DNA of 37,430 nt from Hydrurus foetidus (GCA_900617105.1 UYFQ01000097.1:1-37430); one strand, 5' to 3'. Counted from the first letter of the stretch, positions 1 to 12,200 are shown. The notes: a model not told the origin generated them from the letters alone. Numbers and translations: made by a program.

Positions 1-368
1 TACTCGCTCTGATGGTGCTGAAGTCGCAGGTATGCACAGAAGCCTGCGCGCTAGGGTACTAAGATAAGGTTCAGGTTCAGGTACTAATTAATTACGGTTC
101 AGGTTCTAGTCTCAAATCTGAAAATGTAAAAAGTCTCGGATCCCGGATTCCGGATCCAGGTCCGGAAACCTTGGTCTGTGAGACACAGTTACTGATCGTT
201 CAGAAATACGCTCAGAATCGCGTAGAGAGCTTTATTCGACGAGAAAAATCGAAAAAACGGTGGCGACCTGAATGCGTGTTGAAATTGTGATTGCACTGGT
301 ATTTATCTATTTTTTTGCTTGGAGAAATTTTGGGATCGACCCCAGGTCTAAATAAGATCACTAAATTA

Positions 369-617
369 TAGGCCAGTGTCACTGCATTATATCAAAAAGC
401 TGTGAATAAGGCATGTTTAGAACATACTATATTCCTGAAAGTTTGAGGAAGTGAATCGTCCAGGAAAGTCTTCAAATTGATGAAATGTGCGACTTTTGTG
501 CGACTGTGCGACTTTCGTGCGACTGTGCGACTGTGCGACAGCATGGTCGCACCGTACGGTCGCACAGTCGCACAGTCGCACAATGTGCGACAAAGTCGGA
601 CTCGGACACCAGCCCTA
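369..617. mobile_element. Possible degenerate non-autonomous hAT-type MITE
   Basis: The right end reads TAGGGCTGGTGTC on the minus strand (605-617) and the left candidate end is TAGGCCAGTGTC (369-380). The 8-mer flanks CTAAATTA / CTAAAATC match at 6/8. The heptamer cluster would serve as subterminal repeats. Confidence 0.3.
487..591. repeat. Cluster of 11 GTGCGAC heptamers in both orientations, including a perfect 23-bp inverted repeat (517-539 / 559-581)
   Basis: GTGCGAC at 487, 498, 506, 517, 525, 533 and 585; its reverse complement GTCGCAC at 546, 559, 567 and 575. Confidence 0.9.
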
Positions 618-872
618 CTAAAATCCGTTTCTCGCTTCAACGAATCCAGCCGTGACAGCAAGTGCGTCCCCCAAACGATATTCGGTATCATCATCCACAA
701 AATCAGTATTCGAATAATCGAATTTTGAATTCAAAACATGTGAGACAGAATGGAGGGCTGGTTCGAGTTACAAATATGGGAGCCTTCGCACTTCGCACTT
801 AACTTTGGCAACGCTGCTCTGTCGCAAGCGCCCCGAGAGTGACGGGTAGTCCTAAGTAGTCTTATCAGTCAC

Positions 873-1172
873 ATGGCAGACTTTCTGTTGTCAAGCGATC
901 CCAAATCAGTATCACCAGCACAATATAGAAAAATATTACGAGAATACATTGAAGAGAGATTATTCACTGAATTGGAAAGCCTAGTGCTACGATACTCAGG
1001 ACCATCAGAGCATCTGGCGTTTGAAATTATCTGCTGCGACCTGCTTGATTACGATCCATCTCTATGCTTCAACGTTATTCATTATCCGAAACTTCTGCTG
1101 CCAATTTTCGACGAGGCCTTACTAGAGGCTCAGACCAATCTCTGTGGACACCCGTCATTTAAAGCGAGGCAT
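873..1172 (+). pseudogene. MCM9: MCM9-like helicase N-terminal domain fragment (100 codons), truncated by transposon insertion
   Basis: EHLAFEIICCDLLDYDPSL...YPKLLLPIFDEALLEAQ resembles the MCM N-terminal helical domain of MCM9 proteins as I recall them. The frame runs into the transposon terminus at 1173, and no OB-fold or AAA+ exons are visible in the window. Confidence 0.6.
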
Positions 1173-2091
1173 CAGTGGAATTTCTTGGTTCTTACCATCA
1201 CTTTTTTAATTAATTAATAGCTCATTCAATATCGCGATTCAAGCAAAAGTAAGTAAGCCAATCGAATTCTACTGGATTTTCCTGCAAGGAGCATGTCTTT
1301 GCAGTATAAAAATTAAAAAATTCTGTTGGAGACGCCGTAGAATGTCGTTATTTAATCATTCAGCATTTTGAAACCGAAAATCGTCATTTTGGTTGACACC
1401 CGAAAACCGGTTTCCAGGAATCTTCGTCCGCAACTCTCTGGCGGAACTATATGTTCTCCACTCTACCAGATTCTATTGAACAATACAGGTCAGTCAATTC
1501 TCCATGGCCAGACCTCTCTGGCAGCACAATGGTTTTCTCTGCTGATGTTGTACTTTGTGGAATTTTTCTATGGGAATTTCCGTCCATGATTGCCTCTTTT
1601 TCACTGAGCACTTCTGCAAAGCCAAGATGAAATTTTGTAGCTCTAATAACTTCTCTTCTCTGCCTCCGCAGGTGTCCAATTTATGCTGGATCATCGCCGG
1701 TATCATGGACAGCATGAATTTGGCGTCAATTCTCTGTTCCGAGGTGTTGTTAAATTCCTTTGGAATCGTATGCGTCTCATTTTTTCACCACAAATTTTGC
1801 GACCATTATGCTTTCAACCATAATTGCAACCTGTTTCGATCAATCGTTTTCAGTCCCTGATATGCTGGAGCCCGTGCTAATGTTTTATGATATTCAAATT
1901 TGCGCTCATTGATGTTGCTGCCATTTATCGCTACGACATTTTCTGATGTAGCCGCTTGACCACCATTATTTTTCACTGAATCTCAATCGATTTGCCCTTC
2001 AATTCGAGAATCATTCATCTAACAGTACCATTTATTCTCTCTTTATAAATGCGTCTGTTTTTGGATTGCTGCTGGTGATATCGTCAATAGT

Positions 2092-2424
2092 CGGCGAGCG
2101 ATAGATGCACTAACAATTAGCATCGATCGCTCGTCATCGAGGGCAGGACAAAATGTAGAAGCGGAGCATTCCGACTGCGGTATCACGTTCCGACTGCGGT
2201 ATCATAATCTGGTATAAGTATTCATACTTTGAAATGCATAGACATACTTCTTTATTTCAGTTGGAAATTAACTTTAACAATCGATTCCAAATGTTAAGGG
2301 TATTTCTTTTTGCCTTACTTCAAGTTGCATCCTGCGAACCATTACCGCGGATCAAAAGCTTCAAGTAAAGAGGGCGGCGAGCGATAGATGCACAACCGAT
2401 AAGCATCGATCGCTCGCCGGCTAG
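2092..2424 (+). repeat. Two copies of a GC-rich hairpin; the second is followed by CTAG|T (Helitron-like 3' end)
   Basis: CGGCGAGCGATAGATGC-N11-GCATCGATCGCTCG(T/C)C at 2092-2135 and 2375-2419; CTAG at 2421-2424 followed by T. A tandem TTCCGACTGCGGTATCA pair lies at ~2169-2204. Confidence 0.55.
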
Positions 2425-2694
2425 TAGTAGTAAAAATTAATTAATAGGAAATTAAAAAAATAAAAGATATTACATCAATAAAAATTCTTTTTTTTTAGGT
2501 CCACAAAATTTCATTGCAGAATAGGTATCATGAAAAGGTTATAAAGATAGTATGGGGCGAAGTATGAACATTTTTGTAGCCTAAAGACGGTTAAAAAAGA
2601 GTGAGATCAGTGAATTTTCATGTCTGTAGCCAGAAGAAGACTACAGAGGAGTGCCAAGTGGGTAGAAGATCACAGCCTTTTAAGAGGTCCTTTA

Positions 2695-3248
<554 letters not shown>

Positions 3249-3257
3249 GTTGTTTTC

Positions 3258-6200
3258 TTATGTGTTAGGTTTTATGTTATGTTCTCTCCAATATTCGACT
3301 ACAAGCTTTGTAAGACACTCCTCGTTATCATTGGTGCCTTTTTTCATGTTCTTAATACATTTCTTTTTTTCGATGTTGTCTGTGTAGTATTCACTAAGCA
3401 TCGCTTTGATTTCAATGACGGTCATTTTTCTTGCAGCGACTATAAGTGGATCAACAATTTCGGATGGCATATTGTCCCACCCGTTTATTTTTGCATTGTT
3501 CGAATTTCTTATAGCTGTTTTTAATGCGTCACCCCCCGCCATCAACTGCTTGCTTTTAGCATTTGTTACCATCTCATTCAAAGAATGGGGCAAAGTCGCT
3601 TTCAACTCCTTAATTTTTTTCCCTTTCCCTCTACTTTTTCTTTTCGTAGGTAGATTCAGAAGTCCACCACCACTAGCTCGTTCAACTAAGGATTTTGCCA
3701 GCATTATTATTTTAGAGAGGTATTCATGTTTTGAATTTTTATCCCGGAGTAAGCGAATTCGTATCACACCTTCAACATGAGCCGCTTGAAAGTCCTTCAT
3801 ATCCCTTAGAATAGCTCCCTTTACATCTGATGCATGCCTCATGTTTTTAGCGTTTGTAGATGCCGAATTGTTGGCTCTTATTTGTGTTCCTGCTAGACTA
3901 AAAGTTTGTTCTGCTGATGTACCTGTTATTGGCCTAGACTCGAAGTTAACTATTAGTGTATCCTCTAGTGCAGGAAAATGTTCTTTAAATAAATTCCAAT
4001 AATATTTTAAATGTCTATTTATTGGCCACTTTCCATTTTCTTGCAATATTTTTTTTAGATTTCCTTTTGCAATACTCTTTAGCTCATTTATAATCAGTTT
4101 GTTGGATAATGCATATCCCTTAATTACTGAATGTGCAACTTCTTCATGTGCGCTCATGTACTCTTTGATGATAATATTTTGATAATTTCTCATTGTCATA
4201 CCAGGTGCAGCGACTGTCTTAGAGGAAATATACCACATAGGGCATGCCCCGATAATGTCGGGTATAAGAAGAGCCTCATCAGAGCAGGTATCATCATCGC
4301 TGCTAACGTAACCCAATTTACGTAGTACCACAAGTATCGCTCCTGCTGCTGCAGGTCCCACATGGGGATCAATAACCTGCAGTATTGACCACCCTATACG
4401 GAGACTAGGGGTAATGAAGTATTTTAGTGTTATTGCCATCATTGGATCTGTACCTTTTTTTATTTCAATATCGAAGAATTCCTGCATCTCACTTTCCTCC
4501 GTTATTAACCCAAGATTTTTTGCTCTAATTGATTCAGATATTATAAAATCTTGTACTCCTGGTAAAAAAGATTTCCAATCATTAGATAGACATTGAATAC
4601 TTTCTACAAAGTGACGTTCGAATAGTACATTTTCAATTGATCTCGTACTTATTGTCTTCACATCTTTTCCTATTTCTGAACCTCTATCAGAGAATTTAAC
4701 CCACTCGAGGTGAATGGGGTACAAAGAGGCCACTATGTAAATGGATACTCTCTGGTAAGGACTACCCAAAAACCCTAATACTTTCATACACCCTACTAAC
4801 CCCTCTCCCTTTCTTCCACCTGGTGTGTGATTAGCTAAGTACCAAAATGTTAACATAAACTGAGATAGATCATTTGAATCTATGCATACGCAATAATCTT
4901 TTGCTGTTTTCCAGTCATCAGTTTCTTCGCCACCAAAATACAATTTGACGAAATCGATTATGTGTTCTGTTGCCTTCACTTGTAATAAGTCAATTAATCT
5001 TTCCGTTGTTCGCTCAGATGATAACCACCTCGTCGTTGCTATTTCACCTATTAAATTTCTTATTTCTGGAGGGGCTTCATTAAATAAATCAGGATCACCT
5101 CCAACTGATTGTGTTGTTAACGCCTCTACCATTGCTTTGAATTTAACCCAATAGTAGTTGAGTCGGTACAAGTTTTGTGATGTTGTTGCATCATATGCCA
5201 AACCTTGACTACCCATTAACGTACTGAATAGACTCACAAGCACTCTTTCAAAATTATGCATTTGACATGTGCGAATGCACGTTTCCCTAAAGCAACCTGA
5301 ATGATCATATGACAATCCTTCAATCTTGCTTATTCTCAACAATATTCCTGGTGACTTAGCCGACACTTCCTTCGCCCTCTTATCAATATACTTCATTACC
5401 ATTACCATTTCATCTTGTGCAGCAACAAACGCATCAGTCATTCCTCCGAATAGGAAAACTATTCCATCCCCAAGCTCATCCTCAAGACTTTGAATGGTTA
5501 GTTCTGAGCTTCCCGCACCTTTTTTCGTAACTAGTGTTAACAAAATAATATTTCATATGTTAGGAAGTAACAAAATGAAATGAAAGGAAACCAGGAAAAC
5601 AATTAGGATGAGTGATGAAATAAAGAATAAATAAATCAATTGAATACGTGAATGAGAAGTGAAGTGAAATGAATTGAAATGAAGCGGAGTCAATTAAATA
5701 TAAGTAAGGATTGAAACAAAGTGAAGTAACAAAGATTGAAATTAAGCAAATGATAAAAAGTAATACAGAATGAAGCAAAATAAAGTAAACTAAACTAAAC
5801 TAAATAAATATCAATAAAAGTTTGCTAACGTAAAACAGAACGTGATATGAAAAATACTTCAATTGAAGTAATAAATCGGTAAGCAGTTACATAGCATGGT
5901 AATTCATCAATGTTCACCTGTGTTATCCAATTTTAACGCACCCAATTTAACCACACCATCCTTTGATACATAGTTGATTGGCTTCGCCACTAAACCCTTG
6001 TTCTTTTTGTTCGATGCATCCAAAATCAGGAATGCATTCAGTATGGCATCAGGATCTCCTCTATTGGTGAATCGGCGGCGCCCATTGAGGACTACAAGTT
6101 CCGCTGCTCTCTCCGAGGCTAGAGCGTATGTGTCCGGCGCGCGAAGAATCGATCGAAACACATCAGTGTTAACAAGACCGAAAAACATGGTAATAACCGT

Positions 6201-7010
6201 AGATATTATCATAGGCAATTTGTTCATTGAACAACCGCAGTTAGATATTAAATCTTGAACTAATAGACCAGTCACAATAGATAGTGTAGGCTTCCCATTA
6301 ATAACCTCAGTTAAAACGTTAGCCTGTGTAATGAGGTCTATTAACTTTTCACCAATTGACTTTTCTAGTGTTTTAACATTGCTTAACATTGTCTTATCGT
6401 TGTCTTTTTTTTAAAAGTAAGACAGAGAAGATCGGAGCTTTTTTAATTTTGTCTTACTTCTTTCATCGATCAACTCACGTGTGGATGATTCTGTGTCATT
6501 GGATGGTGTATTGAGAGGAGTAACAGACATTTTTGCAGGAGAATTCAATCTTAGGGCTAGGGGAGGATCAGCTTCAAGCAATTTTTTTGCATGAAGAAGG
6601 AGGGTCGCTGACAATGTCTTCACATTACTGATCAGTTTATTTTTACTTGCTGATGATATAGGATTTGTGGACATAAACTTAATCATAAAACCATACTTAA
6701 ACTTCTTATCCCCCTTACTTATTGTGCTGTCTGAAGCTTGACTCTTGTCGAATTCGAAGCGCCCTGGAAATGCATGGGAAAGCGCTATCCTGAAGGACCT
6801 ATTCATTAGCCCTAATTTTAATGAGTCGATTTCAGCATAGAGTGTTGAGCTATTGCCAAATTGAAGTCCTTGAAGGTATTCGCCGATGTACTTCGCAGAG
6901 TAGAAGCAGGCGTTGCTTTGTGGGACAAATCTTTCCACCATTACGGCGAGTGAATCAGCAGCAGCTGCTAAAACAACGTCAGAAAAGTTGCTCCCACCGT
7001 TTCCTAACAT
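3258..7010 (-). pseudogene. hAT-like DDE transposase, two exons (7010-5918, 5530-3258), 1122 codons with one internal TAA
   Basis: Motifs in hAT order: LILDAS (D1), GGMTD (D2), CQMH (CxxH), TTRWLS (RW), TSAEQTFS (catalytic E, ERxFS-like). ORFs 6411-7010 and 5907-6389 are in one frame, separated only by TAA at 6411-6413. Confidence 0.8.
5531..5917 (-). other. Spliceosomal GT-AG intron (387 nt, phase 1) in the transposase gene
   Basis: Donor CAG|GTGAAC and acceptor CTAG|TT on the minus strand; removal joins ...KLDNT-V-TKKG... in frame. The interior is AT-rich and low-complexity. Confidence 0.8.
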
Positions 7011-7385
7011 CTCAGCTTCAATCTGCCAAGTTTTTATTGCAGAAACTTGAACAACTTACTAGTAATAATGGTTTGAGCGAATGACAACTCGGCCAAGAGG
7101 TCTCAATTTTTCTGTGGTTGCGAGAGTCAACCAAATATCAGCTCTTTCCACGTTGATCAAAGTTGAGAAGTTGACGATAGATTTAACTTAAATTAAGTTA
7201 CACAGACCAAAAATACAATTTCAGAAAGTTTGGCTGATTTACATTTGACGTTAGTCGTCTTGTATTCCAGCTACTAGGCTCCACTTGAAGCGTGCGAGAG
7301 ATATTACTAATGTCGATGCTGTTTAAGCTCTGTTTTGTCGTTTTTGAGGATTGCTGAGGGTCCCAAAGGGATGGTAAGAACCAAG

Positions 7386-7873
7386 TAGTTATAGCTGTAT
7401 GTAATCATTTGTATAATCAACAATAGCATGATAGGATATCATAAGTAAACACATTTTGTAGATTGTTATTGGTGTGCAATGTGCACCAAGTCGCTTCCTC
7501 AATGCCAATTCGTATCACGTATATTGCCATTGTTACACCGTAATAATCACAGCTGTATAATTTTTATCCGGTACTTGGTACCAAAAGTCTAGCTTTTGGT
7601 ACAAACGTCATACTTACAGTTGGGTAGCTACTATCTCGCCTATACAACAACGCAGATGTAAATCTGCGAGAGCCAGTCAAATTGCATGCGCATGACGATT
7701 GAGATCTTATTATTGTACGGCAGGTAGAAATGATGTGCAACATGAATTTATGCTTTGTGGCCTCCGTGCCAGTTTCTAATTCTTAAAAAGAATATACTAA
7801 CCAAAACCTCTATCTTCGTTTGGCCCTCCACGATATGTCCTCCCGACTCCGTGCCAACGCCTGGCGACTCACA
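7386..7873 (+). mobile_element. 5'-clipped Copia LTR of the A/D lineage
   Basis: 7386-~7533 aligns by eye with 29214-~29363, including an exact AAGTCGCTTCCTCAATGC at 7488 and 29318. It ends GACTCACA at 7873, the same terminal 8-mer as the element D LTR. Confidence 0.65.
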
Positions 7874-7918
7874 ATATTATTGATAGCTCATTAGCAAACA
7901 TGCACTCATATACATACA

Positions 7919-8090
7919 TACATCTTCACTACGGGAAGTGTCAGACTAACCACCAACGTAGTTACGTCTGTTGTATAGTAGCAGATATAGTAGTATAGAT
8001 ACACGTTAGGTAGTACTGTATACATAATATATGTGTAACCGTACGTACACCATAGAACGTACATACCAGATATGGCCGTTGGCGATACAT
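7919..8090 (+). mobile_element. Orphan 3'UTR/PPT plus the start of another LTR (TGTCAG at 7939); right boundary approximate
   Basis: TACATCTTCACTACGGGAAGTGTCAG (7919-7944) matches the reverse complement of 36097-36122 at 25/26. Confidence 0.65.
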
Positions 8091-8335
8091 CCCATATTCG
8101 AAAGCATCCTTTCAGTGCCAATAACTGCTATGATCTTTCTTGCAATGCCACACATGATTTCACCTCATGCAAATTGCCAACTGCAGATCTTCTGTATCTT
8201 GTAAACCTAGGCAGATCTTAATCGATATAGCTTGCAGTTTCGCCGACACAGCGTTCTAGCCGAGTCTTGGAGTTCTACTGCAGTAGCCTCCACACCAGTT
8301 GGACTACAAGTCATCAGGTGATACCCTTTAGCTAG

Positions 8336-9250
8336 ATCCACAATTCTCGAAGGGAACTTGCATTCTCTAATCTCGAGCACGCCCAAATACAGCGCCTAAC
8401 AGAAGTTGAGAAAATATCTTGGTTATCAGATCAATTCAAATATGATCCAAGATCCCAAATCCAATCCTGCTTCGTTTCCAGTGCGTCCAGTAATGAATCT
8501 TATAGTCTTATTATAGAAAAAGATCTCCCTACATACGATCTCATATCCGAAAATACCACATCTCGTGTTGCCAGTTTCGATACCTCAAATATGACGTCGA
8601 GTAGTACTGAGCCTCATATTCTATATCAAAATACTATTTCGAATTCTGGTTCTCCTCCTCCACATCCTCCTCTTCAGAACAAGTACAAACCTAATAACAA
8701 TTATGACCCCAATAAATCAGCCAGTCAAAAGAATGCCAAGACTCAACCACCATAGGTTGACAGTCGCAATAGTAACAAAAAGAGATTAGCTGCCGGTGGA
8801 TTTTGTTTTAAGTTTAATCTGGATGTGTGCTCTAAGTCGGCTCAAGAATGTCAATATAAGCATGAAATCATGCCGGAAGACTTCTGACCCTCTACACCAC
8901 CTCGTCGTGATAACTATCCGGTATCCTCGGCCAAAACCCAACCGGCTAATCCTGTATATCCCAACCCAAGTTTCAATTTAACTCAAGTTCAACTTGATTC
9001 TGTAGGACCTGTGTCTGGCAGATATGCTAGCGGATATTCTCAGAATCAACTTAAGAAATTAAAGACTTTGGAAGAGGTACTACATCCAGCCACAACACTC
9101 ACTGAGCATCGTGTTCAGGTATTCTCAAGCTGGGGTAACCCCTCTCAGCCTGCATATACAACGCATGGCGAAAAAGCCAATACATTAATGAGAACTCGCA
9201 TCGACCCGAATAATCAGCGTATATTAAAACGCAACGGTTAGATAATTCTT
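8336..9250 (+). pseudogene. gag-like region of element A with a CCCH zinc finger (8804-8863) and in-frame stops at 8753 and 8885
   Basis: My translation of the frame of ORF 9011 extended upstream: ...TQPP*VDSRNSNKKRLAAGGFCFKFNLDVCSKSAQECQYKHEIMPEDF*PSTPP...; in the last array copy the same frame continues into the 376-aa ORF. Confidence 0.6.
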
Positions 9251-12200
9251 GAAAAACATCTCCCTACATACGATCTCATATCCGAAAATACCACATCTCG
9301 TGTTGCCAGTTTCGGTACCTCAAATATGACGTCGAGTAGTACTGAGCCTCATATTCTATATCAAAATACTATTTCGAATTCTGGTTCTCCTCCTCCACAT
9401 CCTCCTCTTCAGAACAAGTACAAACCTAATAACAATTATGACCCCAATAAATCAGCCAGTCAAAAGAATGCCAAGACTCAACCACCATAGGTTGACAGTC
9501 GCAATAGTAACAAAAAGAGATTAGCTGCCGGTGGATTTTGTTTTAAGTTTAATCTGGATGTGTGCTCTAAGTCGGCTCAAGAATGTCAATATAAGCATGA
9601 AATCATGCCGGAAGACTTCTGACCCTCTACACCACCTCGTCGTGATAACTATCCGGTATCCTCGGCCAAAACCCAACCGGCTAATCCTGTATATCCCAAC
9701 CCAAGTTTCAATTTAACTCAAGTTCAACTTGATTCTGTAGGACCTGTGTCTGGCAGATATGCTAGCGGATATTCTCAGAATCAACTTAAGAAATTAAAGA
9801 CTTTGGAAGAGGTACTACATCCAGCCACGACACTCACTGAGCATCGTGTTCAGGTATTCTCAAGCTGGGGTAACCCCTCTCAGCCTGCATATACAACGCA
9901 TGGCGAAAAAGCCAATACATTAATGAGAACTCGCATCGACCCGAATAATCAGCGTATATTAAAAACGCAACGGTTAGATAATTCTTGAAAAACATCTCCC
10001 TACATACGATCTCATATCCGAAAATACCACATCTCGTGTTGCCAGTTTCGGTACCTCAAATATGACGTCGAGTAGTACTGAGCCTCATATTCTATATCAA
10101 AATACTATTTCGAATTCTGGTTCTCCTCCTCCACATCCTCCTCTTCAGAACAAGTACAAACCTAATAACAATTATGACCCCAATAAATCAGCCAGTCAAA
10201 AGAATGCCAAGACTCAACCACCATAGGTTGACAGTCGCAATAGTAACAAAAAGAGATTAGCTGCCGGTGGATTTTGTTTTAAGTTTAATCTGGATGTGTG
10301 CTCTAAGTCGGCTCAAGAATGTCAATATAAGCATGAAATCATGCCGGAAGACTTCTGACCCTCTACACCACCTCGTCGTGATAACTATCCGGTATCCTCG
10401 GCCAAAACCCAACCGGCTAATCCTGTATATCCCAACCCAAGTTTCAATTTAACTCAAGTTCAACTTGATTCTGTAGGACCTGTGTCTGGCAGATATGCTA
10501 GCGGATATTCTCAGAATCAACTTAAGAAATTAAAGACTTTGGAAGAGGTACTACATCCAGCCACGACACTCACTGAGCATCGTGTTCAGGTATTCTCAAG
10601 CTGGGGTAACCCCTCTCAGCCTGCATATACAACGCATGGCGAAAAAGCCAATACATTAATGAGAACTCGCATCGACCCGAATAATCAGCGTATATTAAAA
10701 ACGCAACGGTTAGATAATTCTTGAAAAACATCTCCCTACATACGATCTCATATCCGAAAATACCACATCTCGTGTTGCCAGTTTCGGTACCTCAAATATG
10801 ACGTCGAGTAGTACTGAGCCTCATATTCTATATCAAAATACTATTTCGAATTCTGGTTCTCCTCCTCCACATCCTCCTCTTCAGAACAAGTACAAACCTA
10901 ATAACAATTATGACCCCAATAAATCAGCCAGTCAAAAGAATGCCAAGACTCAACCACCATAGGTTGACAGTCGCAATAGTAACAAAAAGAGATTAGCTGC
11001 CGGTGGATTTTGTTTTAAGTTTAATCTGGATGTGTGCTCTAAGTCGGCTCAAGAATGTCAATATAAGCATGAAATCATGCCGGAAGACTTCTGACCCTCT
11101 ACACCACCTCGTCGTGATAACTATCCGGTATCCTCGGCCAAAACCCAACCGGCTAATCCTGTATATCCCAACCCAAGTTTCAATTTAACTCAAGTTCAAC
11201 TTGATTCTGTAGGACCTGTGTCTGGCAGATATGCTAGCGGATATTCTCAGAATCAACTTAAGAAATTAAAGACTTTGGAAGAGGTACTACATCCAGCCAC
11301 GACACTCACTGAGCATCGTGTTCAGGTATTCTCAAGCTGGGGTAACCCCTCTCAGCCTGCATATACAACGCATGGCGAAAAAGCCAATACATTAATGAGA
11401 ACTCGCATCGACCCGAATAATCAGCGTATATTAAAAACGCAACGGTTAGATAATTCTTGAAAAACATCTCCCTACATACGATCTCATATCCGAAAATACC
11501 ACATCTCGTGTTGCCAGTTTCGGTACCTCAAATATGACGTCGAGTAGTACTGAGCCTCATATTCTATATCAAAATACTATTTCGAATTCTGGTTCTCCTC
11601 CTCCACATCCTCCTCTTCAGAACAAGTACAAACCTAATAACAATTATGACCCCAATAAATCAGCCAGTCAAAAGAATGCCAAGACTCAACCACCATAGGT
11701 TGACAGTCGCAATAGTAACAAAAAGAGATTAGCTGCCGGTGGATTTTGTTTTAAGTTTAATCTGGATGTGTGCTCTAAGTCGGCTCAAGAATGTCAATAT
11801 AAGCATGAAATCATGCCGGAAGACTTCTGACCCTCTACACCACCTCGTCGTGATAACTATCCGGTATCCTCGGCCAAAACCCAACCGGCTAATCCTGTAT
11901 ATCCCAACCCAAGTTTCAATTTAACTCAAGTTCAACTTGATTCTGTAGGACCTGTGTCTGGCAGATATGCTAGCGGATATTCTCAGAATCAACTTAAGAA
12001 ATTAAAGACTTTGGAAGAGGTACTACATCCAGCCACAACACTCACTGAGCATCGTGTTCAGGTATTCTCAAGCTGGGGTAACCCCTCTCAGCCTGCATAT
12101 ACAACGCATGGCGAAAAAGCCAATACATTAATGAGAACTCGCATCGACCCGAATAATCAGCGTATATTAAAAACGCAACGGTTAGATAATTCTTGAAAAA

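Noticed and set aside
67..173. GGTTCA and CCGGA short repeat clusters
   Set aside because: Possibly another MITE end, but no matching terminus or TSD was found in the window.
1368..1860. Short overlapping ORFs on both strands
   Set aside because: No recognisable motif; possibly decayed coding sequence, but unsupported.
7386..7397. CTG at 7395-7397 as the true right hAT end
   Set aside because: There is no TSD (CGAGGCAT vs TATGTAAT), and these bases align in register with LTR sequence at 29214-29225.
7862..7873. TGGCGACTC as a tRNA primer-binding site
   Set aside because: It overlaps GACTCACA, which is better explained as the LTR terminus shared with D, and no gag follows directly.
7386..7873. 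Cognate 5' LTR of element A
   Set aside because: It is only partly similar to A's 3' LTR and is separated from gag by another element's PPT and LTR start.
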